DNA of 64,000 nt from Terricaulis sp. (GTDB taxonomy: Bacteria; Pseudomonadota; Alphaproteobacteria; Caulobacterales; Aquidulcibacteraceae): the NCBI GenBank assembly GCA_044224285.1, contig JBGAKS010000020.1, positions 1,474-65,473 of the forward strand. The letters run 5' to 3'. A model generated the notes under the pieces. The model was given only the letters and a program-made list of their open reading frames with translations. It was not told where the DNA came from and did no database searches. How positions within the stretch are numbered: the first letter of the stretch is position 1; each line of letters begins with the position of its first letter. Position numbers and translations under genes: made by a program. Below, piece after piece: positions 46,286 to 56,319 of the stretch.

Positions 46286-47034
46286 CACCACCTCGCGCCC
46301 GGATACGCGCGTTGCAGGAATTGCAGGTCGCTCAGCAAATGGCCGAGATGTTCGGAGTGGCGACCGATGCGACCGCCCGTTGTCGCGCGGCGCGGCGCAG
46401 GGCGCGACAACGTTGCGTCGGCAAGCACTGCATCGATCCGCGAGTCCCACGCCGCACGCAACGCCGCCTTATCGACGCCGACGCCAGCTTTGAGCGCCGC
46501 TACATCGACATCGTCCATCGCGAACAGCTCGTCTGCAAAGCGCCACATCCAGTCGATCCCGGCGACCATGCGCGCTTTGCTCTCGTCCGTGCCATCGCCC
46601 AGCCGGGTGACCCAATCGCTCGCAAGCGTGGCGTGATAGGCGACTTCCTTCGCCGCCTTGGCTGCGACCGCGGCGATGGTTGCGTTCTTCGAACCCGTCA
46701 GCGCCGCAAACAGCAATTCCTGATAGTGTGAAAACAGCAACTGCCGCGCCATCGTCTGCGCGAAATCGCCGTTTGGCTGCTCGACCAGCAGGCAATTGGT
46801 GAAGTCCATCACATCGCGGCGAAAGGCGAGGGCGTCGCCATCGCGGCCTTTGCCTTCAAGTTCGCCAGCGAGATTGAGGAAATGCGTTGCTTGTCCGATC
46901 TGATCGAGCGCCACGTTCGTCAGCGAGAGATCAACCTCAATCACTGGCGCGTGTCCGCACCATTCGCTCAGGCGTTGGCCAAGAATGAGCGAGTCATCGC
47001 CTAGCCGCAGTGCGTATGTGGCAATTGCATCCAT
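46285..47034 (-). CDS. paaC: phenylacetyl-CoA epoxidase subunit PaaC
   Basis: Starts MDAIATYALRLGDDSLILGQRLSEWCGHAP (PaaC N-terminus). ATG 47034 overlaps the paaB stop (TGATG). The track ORF extends further upstream. Confidence 0.9.
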   Translation of the reverse strand: MDAIATYALRLGDDSLILGQRLSEWCGHAPVIEVDLSLTNVALDQIGQATHFLNLAGELEGKGRDGDALAFRRDVMDFTNCLLVEQPNGDFAQTMARQLLFSHYQELLFAALTGSKNATIAAVAAKAAKEVAYHATLASDWVTRLGDGTDESKARMVAGIDWMWRFADELFAMDDVDVAALKAGVGVDKAALRAAWDSRIDAVLADATLSRPAPRRATTGGRIGRHSEHLGHLLSDLQFLQRAYPGARW

Positions 47035-47327
47035 CAGATGTGCTTGATGCCGTCGGGGATTTTGTAGAACGTCGGGTGGCGATAGACCTTGTCTTCCGCC
47101 GGCTCGAACAGCGCGGCCGCATCGCCCGGATCGGACGCCACGATCTGCGCCGATGGCAGCACCCACAGGCTCACGCCTTCCATGCGCCGCGTGTACGTGT
47201 CGCGCGCGTGCTCAAGCGCCATCTTCGCGTCGACCGCGTGCACGCTGCCGACATGGCGGTGCGAAAGCCCGCCCTTGCCGCGCACGAACACTTCCCACAG
47301 CGGCCATTCCTTGCTCGGATCGCTCAT
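47034..47327 (-). CDS. paaB: phenylacetyl-CoA epoxidase subunit PaaB
   Basis: 97 aa. WPLWEVFVRGKGGLSHRHVGSVHA...YRHPTFY is the highly conserved PaaB sequence. Confidence 0.95.
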   Translation of the reverse strand: MSDPSKEWPLWEVFVRGKGGLSHRHVGSVHAVDAKMALEHARDTYTRRMEGVSLWVLPSAQIVASDPGDAAALFEPAEDKVYRHPTFYKIPDGIKHI

Positions 47328-47341
47328 CCTTCACTCCGTCC

Positions 47342-47411
47342 AATATGGACCGCCGGCGCCTTCGCCGGCCAACACCTGCGCATGCCGGTGAGGGCGCCGG
47401 CGGTCCATATT
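47342..47411. repeat. GC-rich palindromic repeat, copy A (full length, 70 nt)
   Basis: AATATGGACCGCCGGCGCCTTCGCCGGC - CAACACCTGCGCAT - GCCGGTGAGGGCGCCGGCGGTCCATATT. It fills the paaA-paaB intergenic space, and its last 2 nt are part of the paaA TAA stop. Confidence 0.85.
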
Positions 47412-48399
47412 ACTCCGCTGCCACCTTCATGGCCGCGCGCTTCTCAGCATGCACGCGCGCCGCCTCTCGCACCCAGGCGCCGTCATCCCAAGCCTTGCGC
47501 CGCGCTTGCATGCGCTCTTTCGCAACCGGCCCTTCGCCGCGCACGACGGCCGCGAACTCTTCCCAGTCGACGTCGCCAAAATCGTAAGCACCGCGCTCCT
47601 CGTTCCACTTCAGCCTATCGTCCGGCACGGTGAGTCCGATCGCTTCAGCTTGCGGCACGGTGATATCGACGAACTTCTGCCGCAGCTCATCGTTGGTATC
47701 GCGCTTAATCCGCCAGCGCATGCTTTGGGCGGTGTTCGGCGATTTATCGTCTGGCGGACCGAACATCATCAGCGAGGGCCACCACCAGCGGTTCAGCGCA
47801 TCTTGCGCCATGCGCTTTTGCTCTGGCGTGCCGGCGGCGAGATGCATCATGATCTCGTAGCCTTGGCGCTGGTGGAAGCTTTCTTCCTTGCAGATGCGCA
47901 CCATCGCACGGGCGTAGGGGCCATAAGAGGTGCGCTGCAGCGGCACCTGATTCATGATCGCCGCGCCGTCAACGAGCCAGCCAATCGCGCCGATGTCGGC
48001 CCAAGTGAGAGTCGGATAGTTGAAGATCGTGGAATACTTTGCTTTGCCGCTGAGCAGCGCTTCCGTCATTTCATCGCGCGAGGCGCCGAGAGTTTCCGCC
48101 GCCGCATAAAGATAAAGCCCGTGGCCGCCTTCATCCTGGACCTTCGCCAGCAGGATCGCCTTACGCCGTAAGTTCGGCGCACGCGTGATCCAATTGCCCT
48201 CGGGCAGCATGCCGACGATCTCGCTGTGCGCGTGTTGCGATATCTGCCGCACCAGCGTCTTGCGATACGCTTCAGGCATCCAATCCTTCGGCTCGATGAA
48301 TTCATCGTTGGCGACGCGCGCTTCGAACGCTGCAACCAGCGCGGGATCTTCGGCCACGGTTTCGGCCTTGGTCTTGCCGGTCATGTCAGTCGTGTACAT
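47410..48399 (-). CDS. paaA: phenylacetyl-CoA 1,2-epoxidase catalytic subunit PaaA
   Basis: [41 protein letters not shown], di-iron ligands. Start chosen at ATG 48399 (GAGAGG upstream); the track ORF starts 15 codons earlier. Confidence 0.95.
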   Translation of the reverse strand: MYTTDMTGKTKAETVAEDPALVAAFEARVANDEFIEPKDWMPEAYRKTLVRQISQHAHSEIVGMLPEGNWITRAPNLRRKAILLAKVQDEGGHGLYLYAAAETLGASRDEMTEALLSGKAKYSTIFNYPTLTWADIGAIGWLVDGAAIMNQVPLQRTSYGPYARAMVRICKEESFHQRQGYEIMMHLAAGTPEQKRMAQDALNRWWWPSLMMFGPPDDKSPNTAQSMRWRIKRDTNDELRQKFVDITVPQAEAIGLTVPDDRLKWNEERGAYDFGDVDWEEFAAVVRGEGPVAKERMQARRKAWDDGAWVREAARVHAEKRAAMKVAAE

Positions 48400-48448
48400 G
48401 GGGCGCACCTCTCGAACTCGTCTAACATAGCAATCGCTGACCAAGCGG

Positions 48449-48874
48449 TCAATTAATTACCAGGCCACCAATTGTCCGCGAAAGCCCCGTGAATTCAGCG
48501 ATGACCGCGCCAGCCGCGGTTTTGACGCTCACCTGATAGACGCCGCTGCGGCCGCTGCGCGAAACCTCGCGCGCTTCCGCGATCAAAACGTCCCCGGGTT
48601 GCGCTGGCGCGAGAAACGAGATGCTAGCGTTCTGCGCAACAGTGTTTTCGTTGCGTGAGTTGCAGGCGTACGCGAACGCAGTGTCCGCGAGCGCGAAGAT
48701 CATGCCGCCATGGCCGATGCGATGACCGTTGAGCATGTCATCGCGGAGCTTCATGCGAATGAGCGCATAACCTTCACGCGCGTCATCAATCGAGATGCCC
48801 CACGCCGTCCCCGTGCCTTCGCGCTGCAACAGCGTATCGGCGACTTGGCGCGCGAGTTTATCCGCTTCGTTCAT
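48449..48874 (-). CDS. paaI: hydroxyphenylacetyl-CoA thioesterase PaaI (hotdog fold)
   Basis: From ATG 48874: [17 protein letters not shown]...[25 protein letters not shown]. Confidence 0.8.
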   Translation of the reverse strand: MNEADKLARQVADTLLQREGTGTAWGISIDDAREGYALIRMKLRDDMLNGHRIGHGGMIFALADTAFAYACNSRNENTVAQNASISFLAPAQPGDVLIAEAREVSRSGRSGVYQVSVKTAAGAVIAEFTGLSRTIGGLVIN

Positions 48875-48942
48875 GCGTCTCTCGTGAATTGACCGACCAT
48901 GCGTTCTATCATACGCAACGTCAACGCGCGAGGAGGCGAGCG

Positions 48943-49731
48943 ATGGACTACGAGACCATTCAGCTAGAGATCGCAAACGGCGCCGCGCGCCTGACGCTCA
49001 ATCGGCCCGATCGCTTGAACAGCTTTACCGTGCAGATGCACGATGAGGTTTCGCGCGGGCTTGAGGCTGTTGCGAAGAGCGGCGCGCGCGTGTTGGTGCT
49101 CACAGGCGCCGGCCGCGGTTTCTGCGCGGGGCAGGATCTGTCCGATCGGGCTGTCGCGCCCGGCGGCGATGGCGTCGATCTCGGTGAGTCGCTGGAAAAG
49201 CGCTACAATCCGCTCATTCGCCGCTTAGCTACGCTGGAAATGCCGGTGATCTGCGCCGTGAACGGTGTCGCTGCCGGCGCCGGCGCCAACATCGCGCTCG
49301 CCTGCGATATCGTCATCGCCGCGAAGAGCGCCAAGTTCATTCAAAGCTTCGCCAATATTGGGCTTGTTCCGGATAGCGGCGGCACCTGGACGTTGCCGCG
49401 TCTCGCCGGCCAAGCGCGCGCCATGGGCCTCGCGCTCACCGGCGAGCCGCTCACTGCCGAACGCGCCGAAGCCTGGGGCATGATCTGGAAATGCGTCGAC
49501 GACGATAAATTGCGCGAAGAAACCGACGCACTCGCCACGAAGTTCGCCGCCGCGCCGACCAAAGGCCTCGCCACCACCAAGAAGCTCATCCGCGAAGGCG
49601 CGACACGCACGTTTACCGAACAGCTCGACATCGAACGCGACGCGCAACGCATGCTCGGCCGCACTAGCGACTACAAAGAAGGCGTCGCCGCCTTCATGGA
49701 AAAGCGTCAGCCGAAGTTTTCGGGAAGCTAG
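48943..49731 (+). CDS. paaG: crotonase-family 1,2-epoxyphenylacetyl-CoA isomerase
   Basis: Start ATG 48943 (AGGAGG upstream). LNRPDRLNSF, GAGRGFCAGQDL, and the crotonase fold. Confidence 0.85.
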   Translation: MDYETIQLEIANGAARLTLNRPDRLNSFTVQMHDEVSRGLEAVAKSGARVLVLTGAGRGFCAGQDLSDRAVAPGGDGVDLGESLEKRYNPLIRRLATLEMPVICAVNGVAAGAGANIALACDIVIAAKSAKFIQSFANIGLVPDSGGTWTLPRLAGQARAMGLALTGEPLTAERAEAWGMIWKCVDDDKLREETDALATKFAAAPTKGLATTKKLIREGATRTFTEQLDIERDAQRMLGRTSDYKEGVAAFMEKRQPKFSGS

Positions 49732-49807
49732 CAGGTTGGAGCGCGCGGCTCCTGCCGCGCATGCGGCGCGGAGCGCCGCGCTCCCTACAACGAATGCCGG
49801 AGCCACA

Positions 49808-51826
49808 ATGAAACCGATCACACTTCAGAACTTTGCCGAAGGAAAGTGGGTCCCGGGAAGCGGCGGCCTGGCCGAGCTGCGCTCCGCCATCGACGGCGAA
49901 GTCGTCGCGCTCACCTCTTCGCAAGGTCTCGATTTCGCGGCGATGCTGAAGCACGCGCGCGAAGAGGGCGGCCCGGCGCTGCGCGCGCTCACCTTCCATC
50001 AACGCGCACTGATGCTGAAAGCGCTCGCTGACGCGCTGACGGCCAAGAAGGAAGCGCTCTACGAACTCAGCTACAACACCGGCGCCACCAAAGCCGATAG
50101 CTGGATCGATATTGACGGCGGCATTGGCACGTTCGCGGTCTACCAAGGCAAAGGCCGCCGCGAACTGCCGAACGAACGCATCCTGATCGATGGCAACGTC
50201 GAAGCGCTCTCGCGCAATGGCACGTTCCAAGGCCTGCACGTGTTCACGTCGCTGCAAGGCGTTGCGGTCCACATCAACGCCTTCAACTTCCCCGTCTGGG
50301 GCATGCTCGAAAAGCTCGCGCCAACATTTCTCGCCGGCGTGCCCGCCATCGTAAAACCTGCGAGCACGACGAGCTATCTCACCGAAGCGGCCGTCCGCAT
50401 CATGCTCGACGCGAACATGCTTCCGAAAGGCGCGCTGCAGCTCATTGTCGGCTCGACAGGCGATCTCTTCGAACACCTGACGACGCAGGACGTCGTCTCT
50501 TTCACCGGCTCTGCCGCCACCGCGAACAGGCTAAAGGCGCATCCGGTCGTCGTCCGCGAGAGCGTGCGCTTCGTTGCTGAACAAGATTCACTTAACGCCT
50601 CGGTGCTCGGCCCAGATGCGAAGGCGGACTCGCCGGAGTTCGATCTTTTCATCAAAGAGGTCGCCAAGGAAATGACGGTGAAGGCGGGCCAGAAGTGCAC
50701 CGCCATCCGCCGCGCCATGGTTCCGGCTTCGCTGCTCGACGCCGCGCAAGCCGCGCTCGCCGCGCGCCTGGAAAAGACCGTCATCGGCGATCCGCGCGAC
50801 GAAGCCACGCGCATGGGCGCGCTTGTCAGCACCAGCCAGCGCAACGACGTGCGCGAGAAGATCAAAGAGATCAGCGCCGATGCGACGATCGTTTGCGGCG
50901 ATCCCAACGCAGCGCCATTCAACGAAAAGGGCGCTTTCATCTCTCCCGTGCTGCTCCGCTGTGAAAATCCGTGGCAAGCGCGTGGCGTGCATGACGTCGA
51001 AGCGTTCGGCCCCGTCTCAACTTTGATGCCCTATGAGGACGCCGCTGACGCTATCGCGCTCACCAATCGCGGCAAAGGCTCGCTGGTGATGAGCGCTTTC
51101 ACCTACGACACCGCGTTCGCGCGCGATCTCGTTCTCGGCGCCGGTTCGTTCCACGGTCGCATCGCCTTCATCGATCGCGACAGCGCCAAGGAATCCACCG
51201 GTCACGGCTCGCCGATGCCGCACATGATCCATGGCGGCCCGGGCCGCGCTGGCGGCGGCGAAGAGATGGGCGGCATTCGCGGCGTCACCCACTACATGCA
51301 ACGCACCGCGCTGCAGGGCAGCCCGCGCGTACTCAGCGCAATCGTAAACCGCTACATCGCCGGCATGCCGACGGAGAATGCCGAGCAGCATCCGTTCCGC
51401 CGCAAATTCCACGACCTGCCGATCGGCTATCAACTCAAAACCAAGTCGCGCGAAATCACGCTCGATGACATTGAGCACTTCGCGCATTTCACCGGCGATA
51501 CATTCTACGCGCACATGGATGAGGAAGCGGCGAAAGCCAACCCGCTCTTCGGCGGCCGCGTCGCACACGGCTATCTCATTCTGGCGTTCGCCGCTGGCCT
51601 CTTTGTCGATCCCGATCCAGGTCCAGTGCTCGCGAACTACGGCCTCGACAACCTGCGCTTTGTCAAACCCGTAAAGCCAGGCGACGCGATCCAGGTTGCG
51701 TTGACCGTGAAAGACAAAACGCTGCGCAAGCCCGATCAAGGCGAAGTGCGCTGGGATGTCGTCGTCACCAACCGCGAAGGGGAGCCGGTCGCGGCGTACG
51801 ATCTCCTGACAATGAACGCGGCCTAG
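49808..51826 (+). CDS. paaZ: bifunctional oxepin-CoA hydrolase / 3-oxo-5,6-dehydrosuberyl-CoA semialdehyde dehydrogenase
   Basis: N-terminal aldehyde dehydrogenase domain (catalytic Cys in GQKCTAIRR) fused to a C-terminal MaoC-like hydratase domain (FAHFTGDTFYAHMDEE). Start ATG 49808. Confidence 0.9.
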   Translation: MKPITLQNFAEGKWVPGSGGLAELRSAIDGEVVALTSSQGLDFAAMLKHAREEGGPALRALTFHQRALMLKALADALTAKKEALYELSYNTGATKADSWIDIDGGIGTFAVYQGKGRRELPNERILIDGNVEALSRNGTFQGLHVFTSLQGVAVHINAFNFPVWGMLEKLAPTFLAGVPAIVKPASTTSYLTEAAVRIMLDANMLPKGALQLIVGSTGDLFEHLTTQDVVSFTGSAATANRLKAHPVVVRESVRFVAEQDSLNASVLGPDAKADSPEFDLFIKEVAKEMTVKAGQKCTAIRRAMVPASLLDAAQAALAARLEKTVIGDPRDEATRMGALVSTSQRNDVREKIKEISADATIVCGDPNAAPFNEKGAFISPVLLRCENPWQARGVHDVEAFGPVSTLMPYEDAADAIALTNRGKGSLVMSAFTYDTAFARDLVLGAGSFHGRIAFIDRDSAKESTGHGSPMPHMIHGGPGRAGGGEEMGGIRGVTHYMQRTALQGSPRVLSAIVNRYIAGMPTENAEQHPFRRKFHDLPIGYQLKTKSREITLDDIEHFAHFTGDTFYAHMDEEAAKANPLFGGRVAHGYLILAFAAGLFVDPDPGPVLANYGLDNLRFVKPVKPGDAIQVALTVKDKTLRKPDQGEVRWDVVVTNREGEPVAAYDLLTMNAA

Positions 51827-52983
51827 GCAACCGCCTGCAGCGCTTCCACGAAGCGCGGAATGTCCGCCTCACGCAGCCCAGCCACGTTAATCCGCGCCGA
51901 GTCCGTCATGTAGATTCCGTGCTGTTCGCGTAGCGCCGTGACTTGCGCGTCGTTCAGCGGCAGCGTCGAAAACATGCCTTTCTGATCCGCGATCAAATGC
52001 ATCGGGATCGAATTGACCCGCGCCGCCGCGAGCTGCCGACGCGTGCGCTTGATGTGCGAGCGGATCTGATCCAGCTCCTCGCGCCAAGAGGCGCGCAGCG
52101 CCTCGTCGCTCAACACTTCGCGCACGATCGCCGCACCATGATCCGGCGGCATTGAATAGTTCGCGCGCGCGATCGCCGCGAGATTGCTCATCACCGCCGG
52201 CCGCGCTTTCTCGGCGGCCTTGACGAAAAGCGCGCCAACGCGCTCGCGATAAATGCCGAACGACTTGGCTTCTGAAACCGCAATCACCGCCTCCGGAACC
52301 AACTCCAACAGCGCCCGCGCGCCCGCGACATCCTCGTCGATGCCGTCGCCGAAGCCTTGGTAAGCAAGATCGACGAAAGGAATGATGCCACGCGCATTAA
52401 GCGCCGCCGCAAGCTGCTTCCATTGTTCAAGCGAGAAGTCGGCGCCGAGTGGATTGTGGCAGCAAGCTTGAATGATGATGCTATCGCCGCGTTCGGCCTG
52501 CGCGAAACCATCGATCAGCGCGTCCATGTCGATGCGCTGATCGGCAATGTTGAAGAACGGCGCGTCGATCGGCTCAAGCCGCGCCGCGCGCACGATCGAA
52601 GGATGGTTCGGCCAGCACGGCGCCGGCAACAGCACGCGCTTGGCGCCGCTCTCGCGCAGCAAATCGCAACCCAGGCGCAGCGCGCCCGTGCCGCCGACCG
52701 CCTGAATCGAAACGAATTCACGCGACATCTCGCCAAACGCGAGCTGACCTACCAGCTTTAGAAAATCAACGTCGCCTTGCTGGCCAACATACGTCTTCGT
52801 TTTCTGGCCCGCGAGCAGCAGCGCTTCGGCGTCTTTCACCGCGCGCATCACCGGCGTGTTGCCCGTCGCGTCTTTGTAAACGCCGACGCCGAGATCGATC
52901 TTATCCGTCCGCGGGTCCTCGCGAAACATCTTGATGATCTTCAAAAGCGGATCCGGCGCTTTCGGCGCGAGCGTTTCAATCAT
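51823..52983 (-). CDS. tyrB: aromatic/aspartate aminotransferase (class I, TyrB/AspC type)
   Basis: IDLGVGVYKD N-terminus, CCHNPLG, and the PLP-Lys region SEAKSFGIYRERVG. Confidence 0.85.
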   Translation of the reverse strand: MIETLAPKAPDPLLKIIKMFREDPRTDKIDLGVGVYKDATGNTPVMRAVKDAEALLLAGQKTKTYVGQQGDVDFLKLVGQLAFGEMSREFVSIQAVGGTGALRLGCDLLRESGAKRVLLPAPCWPNHPSIVRAARLEPIDAPFFNIADQRIDMDALIDGFAQAERGDSIIIQACCHNPLGADFSLEQWKQLAAALNARGIIPFVDLAYQGFGDGIDEDVAGARALLELVPEAVIAVSEAKSFGIYRERVGALFVKAAEKARPAVMSNLAAIARANYSMPPDHGAAIVREVLSDEALRASWREELDQIRSHIKRTRRQLAAARVNSIPMHLIADQKGMFSTLPLNDAQVTALREQHGIYMTDSARINVAGLREADIPRFVEALQAVA

Positions 52984-52992
52984 GGGTCTGCC

Positions 52993-54127
52993 TCAGTCTT
53001 CCAGCGGCCAAGTCTCAAGCACTTCGACGAAGCGGGTGAGCCAAGCATTTGTTTGATGTCCATCGAGCACGCGGTGATCGATGGTGAGCGAAACGTAAGC
53101 CATCGGCTTGATCACCATCGCGTCGGCCCCGTCGATCGAGCGCACAACAACGCGCTTCTCCAGCTTGCCGACGCCGAGGATTGCCGATTGCGGTTGATTG
53201 ATGATGATTGGTGTCGCGACCAGCGAGCCCGACACGCCGTGATTCGAAATCGTGAATGTGCCGCCCTGGACGTCCGCTGGCTTCAATTGGTTCTTGCGCG
53301 CTCGCTCCGTCACATCGCTGAGCTGCGCCGCCGTTTCCTTCAATGCCAGCGTCTGCGCCCGCTTGATCACGGGCACGATCAGGCCTTTATCGCCCAGCGC
53401 CACGCCCATGCCGATGTTGGCATCCTCGAACACTTCAAGGAAGTCGTCGTGCCAGCGTGCATTGACGTTCGGCGACACCTTCATCGCCTCAGCCGCTGCG
53501 CGAATGATGTATGCGGAGAAGGTGAGCAGCGCGCCGGCCCTGGCGTAGGCGTCCTTGTGCTTGTTGCGATGCGCGATAATGGCGGAGAAATCCGCCTCAA
53601 ACACCGCCGTCACGTGAGGCGCAACAGCGACCGAGCGCGCCATGTGCTCGGCGATCGATCTGCGCATCGCGTCGTGCGGAATCTTGCCGCCTTTGACAGG
53701 CGCCGCGGGCGCTCTCGCAGGCCCACGCGCGACGTGATCCTGCACATCCTTGTGCGTGATCCGCCCATCGCGACCGGTGCCGGCGATATCGCTTGCCAAA
53801 GCGCCGTGCTCAGCGAGCAAGCGCTTGACCAGCGGAGACAGCCGTTGCCGCGAGTCTGGACCGCCGGCGCCCTCGCCGGCCAACGCAGTAGATGCCGAAC
53901 ACCCCAAGCGTCGCGCCTGGCGCAGCTTCATCACCTTCGTTCAGCGCAATCGACGCCAGAACGCCATCGCCCGGCGACGGCACTTCGACCGCAACTTTAT
54001 CCGTCTCAAGCTCAACAATCGGCTCATCGCGTTTCACTGCATCGCCGACTTTCTTCAGCCACGCGCGCACCACCGATTTCGAGCCTTCCTGCTCCAGCGG
54101 CGTCACGATATTCGTGGTGTCGGCCAT
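52993..54127 (-). pseudogene. dihydrolipoamide acyltransferase (E2) of a 2-oxoacid dehydrogenase complex, reading frame interrupted
   Basis: The lipoyl domain (MADTTNIV...ELETDKVAVEVPSPGDG...GATLGVFG, frame of ORF 53810..54187) and the PSBD plus catalytic domains (RLSPLVKRLLAEHG...DHRVLDG, ORF 52993..53934) lie in different frames. The span is 1135 nt (3n+1). The start overlaps the E1 stop (TGATG). Confidence 0.8.
53858..53897. repeat. GC-rich palindromic repeat, truncated copy C (left arm only) inside the E2 linker
   Basis: GGACCGCCGGCGCCCTCGCCGGCCAAC differs by one nt from the copy A left arm, then GCAGTAGATGCCG. No right arm. Ends 5 nt before a C4 run (53902-53905). Confidence 0.7.
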
Positions 54128-56217
54128 CAGAAGCGCACCAGCTCTTGCATCTTCGCCGCGATGCGTTCGACCGATGGCAGCGCCCATTCCATCAGGTCCG
54201 GATGGTGCGGCGAAGGGATGTCCGGCATCGTCATCCGCGCGACGGGCGCGTCAAGGTCGAGGAAAGCGCGGTCCGCTACAACCGCCGCGATTTCAGCGCC
54301 GAAGCCCGCGGTGCCGATATCTTCATGCACGATGAGGCAGCGATGCGTTCGCTTCACCGACGCGAGTACGGCTTCGCTATCCCATGGCGCCAGCGTGCGC
54401 AGATCGAGAATGTCCGCGCTGACGCCGGCTGTCTCAGCCGCCGCCTCGCAGCGCTCAACCATCGCGCCCCAGGTGACGATGGTGATGTCGCCACCCTCGC
54501 GTACGCGCTTCGCAACACCGAACGGCAACGCAAAATCATCGCCCGGATAGGGGCGGCGCGCGCTTGCTGCGTCGAGCATGTTGCGGTGCTCTAGAAACAT
54601 CACCGGATCATTGCCACGCAACGCCGTGCGAAGGAGGCCCACAGCGTCCTCCGCATTCGATGGACACGCTACGCGCCAGCCCGGTGAGTGCACGAACTGC
54701 ACTTCATTCGTCTGCGAGTGCCATGGATCGCCGCATTTGAAGAAGCCGACCGGCATCCGCACCACCATCGGCGCCGCAAATCTGTTAGCCGTGCGCCAGC
54801 GCATCGTGCCGCAATCGTTGATCTGTTCGCATGCCGGATCGGCATATTTGCGAAACTGAATCTCCGGCACAGGCATCAACCCGGCGATCGCCATGCCGAC
54901 GGCGCGCCCGATGATGCCTTCTTCAGAGAGCGAGGTATCGAACACGCGCTCGACGCCGTACTTCTCCTGTAACCCCAGCGTTACGCCGTGCACGCCGCCC
55001 TTGGGGCCAACGTCTTCGCCGAACACCAGCACGCGCGGATTCACCGCGAGTTCGTTGTCGAGCACGCGGCGGATCGCGGTGATCATGTTGATGCGCGCCC
55101 CTTCGGGCTTCGGCTCAGCGCTCACAGGCGGTGCGGAATAGCCCGCATTCAACATGCCGCCTTCGTCCTGCAACACGCCGTCTTCGCTGAACACGAAGCG
55201 CGTGACTTGCGAGGGTTCGCTCACTGGCCGCTGATCGGCAATCTGCACCGCGCGGCGCACGTTCTCTTCCGCCTTCGCTTGCGCCGCGTCCCAATCTTTT
55301 TCGCTTATCAGCGAAGGGACGACATGCGCTTTCAGTTTCGGCAACGGATCGCGGGCCCATTCAGCGTCGACGATATCCTTCGACTTGTACGCTTGCGTGT
55401 CCTGGAACGAGTGCCCCTGCAGGCGCGGCACGGCCAAATGCACGAGAGCAGGGCCATTGCCGCCGCGCACATGCGCCACAGCATCCGCGATCAGCTCCGA
55501 AGCCTCGGCGGGATCAGCGCCGTCGCCATCGCAAATCTTCAGTCCCGAGAAGCTCGCCAGATTCTTGGCGATGTTCTGACCGGGCGTTTGCAGCCAACCG
55601 GGCGTCGAGATGCCGTAGCCATTGTCCTCGATGTAGAACAACATCGGCAGCTTCAGCGTCGTCGCCATCGTCAGCGCCGACCAGAAGCCGTTGGTCGCCA
55701 CCGAAGCGTCGCCGCCAAGCACGACGCCAATTGCGCCATCGAAGCTGCGATCGCCGAGCACATTCTTTGCGTACTCGATCGCCTGCGCGTAGCCGGCTGT
55801 CGGCGTGTATTGCGCGCCGACACCGCCGCACATCGGCAATGCCGAGGCGCCGTTCGCGTTCGGATAGTTGAACACCACGCCGATATCGCGCCCGTCGCTA
55901 TAGCCGCCAGCGCGGCCCATTGCTGAACCGAGCGCATCTTCCAACGCGACGCCGAGCGAAAGCAGGATCGGCCGCGAGCGGTAGTAGCCGCACATCGCGT
56001 CTTTCGGATGCGTCAGGTGCAGGCCGAGCAGCACTTGCGCCATGTCGTGACCGCGGGCGCTGAACTGGTAGAAAATCTTCTTACCCGGAACGAGTTCGCG
56101 CTCCTCGATTGCGTCCATAGCGCGGGACGTTTGCACGAGATCGACGACGCGCTTCCAATCGGTCTGCGGGGCAGCTTTTGCGGCGGGCTTGGGCTTTGCG
56201 CTCATGGAATGGGACAA
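54127..56217 (-). CDS. fused E1 alpha/beta component of a TPP-dependent 2-oxoacid dehydrogenase
   Basis: 696 aa. N-terminal E1-alpha TPP-binding part (GGDASVATNGFWSALTMA...YIEDNGYGIS) fused to an E1-beta transketolase-like part. Confidence 0.85.
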   Translation of the reverse strand: MSHSMSAKPKPAAKAAPQTDWKRVVDLVQTSRAMDAIEERELVPGKKIFYQFSARGHDMAQVLLGLHLTHPKDAMCGYYRSRPILLSLGVALEDALGSAMGRAGGYSDGRDIGVVFNYPNANGASALPMCGGVGAQYTPTAGYAQAIEYAKNVLGDRSFDGAIGVVLGGDASVATNGFWSALTMATTLKLPMLFYIEDNGYGISTPGWLQTPGQNIAKNLASFSGLKICDGDGADPAEASELIADAVAHVRGGNGPALVHLAVPRLQGHSFQDTQAYKSKDIVDAEWARDPLPKLKAHVVPSLISEKDWDAAQAKAEENVRRAVQIADQRPVSEPSQVTRFVFSEDGVLQDEGGMLNAGYSAPPVSAEPKPEGARINMITAIRRVLDNELAVNPRVLVFGEDVGPKGGVHGVTLGLQEKYGVERVFDTSLSEEGIIGRAVGMAIAGLMPVPEIQFRKYADPACEQINDCGTMRWRTANRFAAPMVVRMPVGFFKCGDPWHSQTNEVQFVHSPGWRVACPSNAEDAVGLLRTALRGNDPVMFLEHRNMLDAASARRPYPGDDFALPFGVAKRVREGGDITIVTWGAMVERCEAAAETAGVSADILDLRTLAPWDSEAVLASVKRTHRCLIVHEDIGTAGFGAEIAAVVADRAFLDLDAPVARMTMPDIPSPHHPDLMEWALPSVERIAAKMQELVRF

Positions 56218-56319
56218 TAGCCCGCTTCGGGCGCAAATTCAGTGCAAAATCGTCGATAAGGTGGCTGTACGTGCATGCAATATGCGATATTATGGAGTAT
56301 GTCGCATGAATTGTGAGAA

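Noticed and set aside
48438-48454. Palindrome TGACCAAGCGGTCA overlapping the paaI stop, and the 9-mer AATTGACCG shared with 48887-48895 upstream of paaG, considered as PaaR/PaaX-type operators
   Set aside because: The arms are only 5 bp. Both 9-mers sit about 40-55 nt upstream of paaA and paaG in the same orientation, and both contain TTGACC. They are more simply explained as -35 promoter elements. I cannot support an operator call without comparative data.
52777-54594. 605-aa plus-strand ORF across tyrB/E2/E1
   Set aside because: It is antisense to three recognisable genes. It is Arg/His-rich with no motifs. Shadow ORF.
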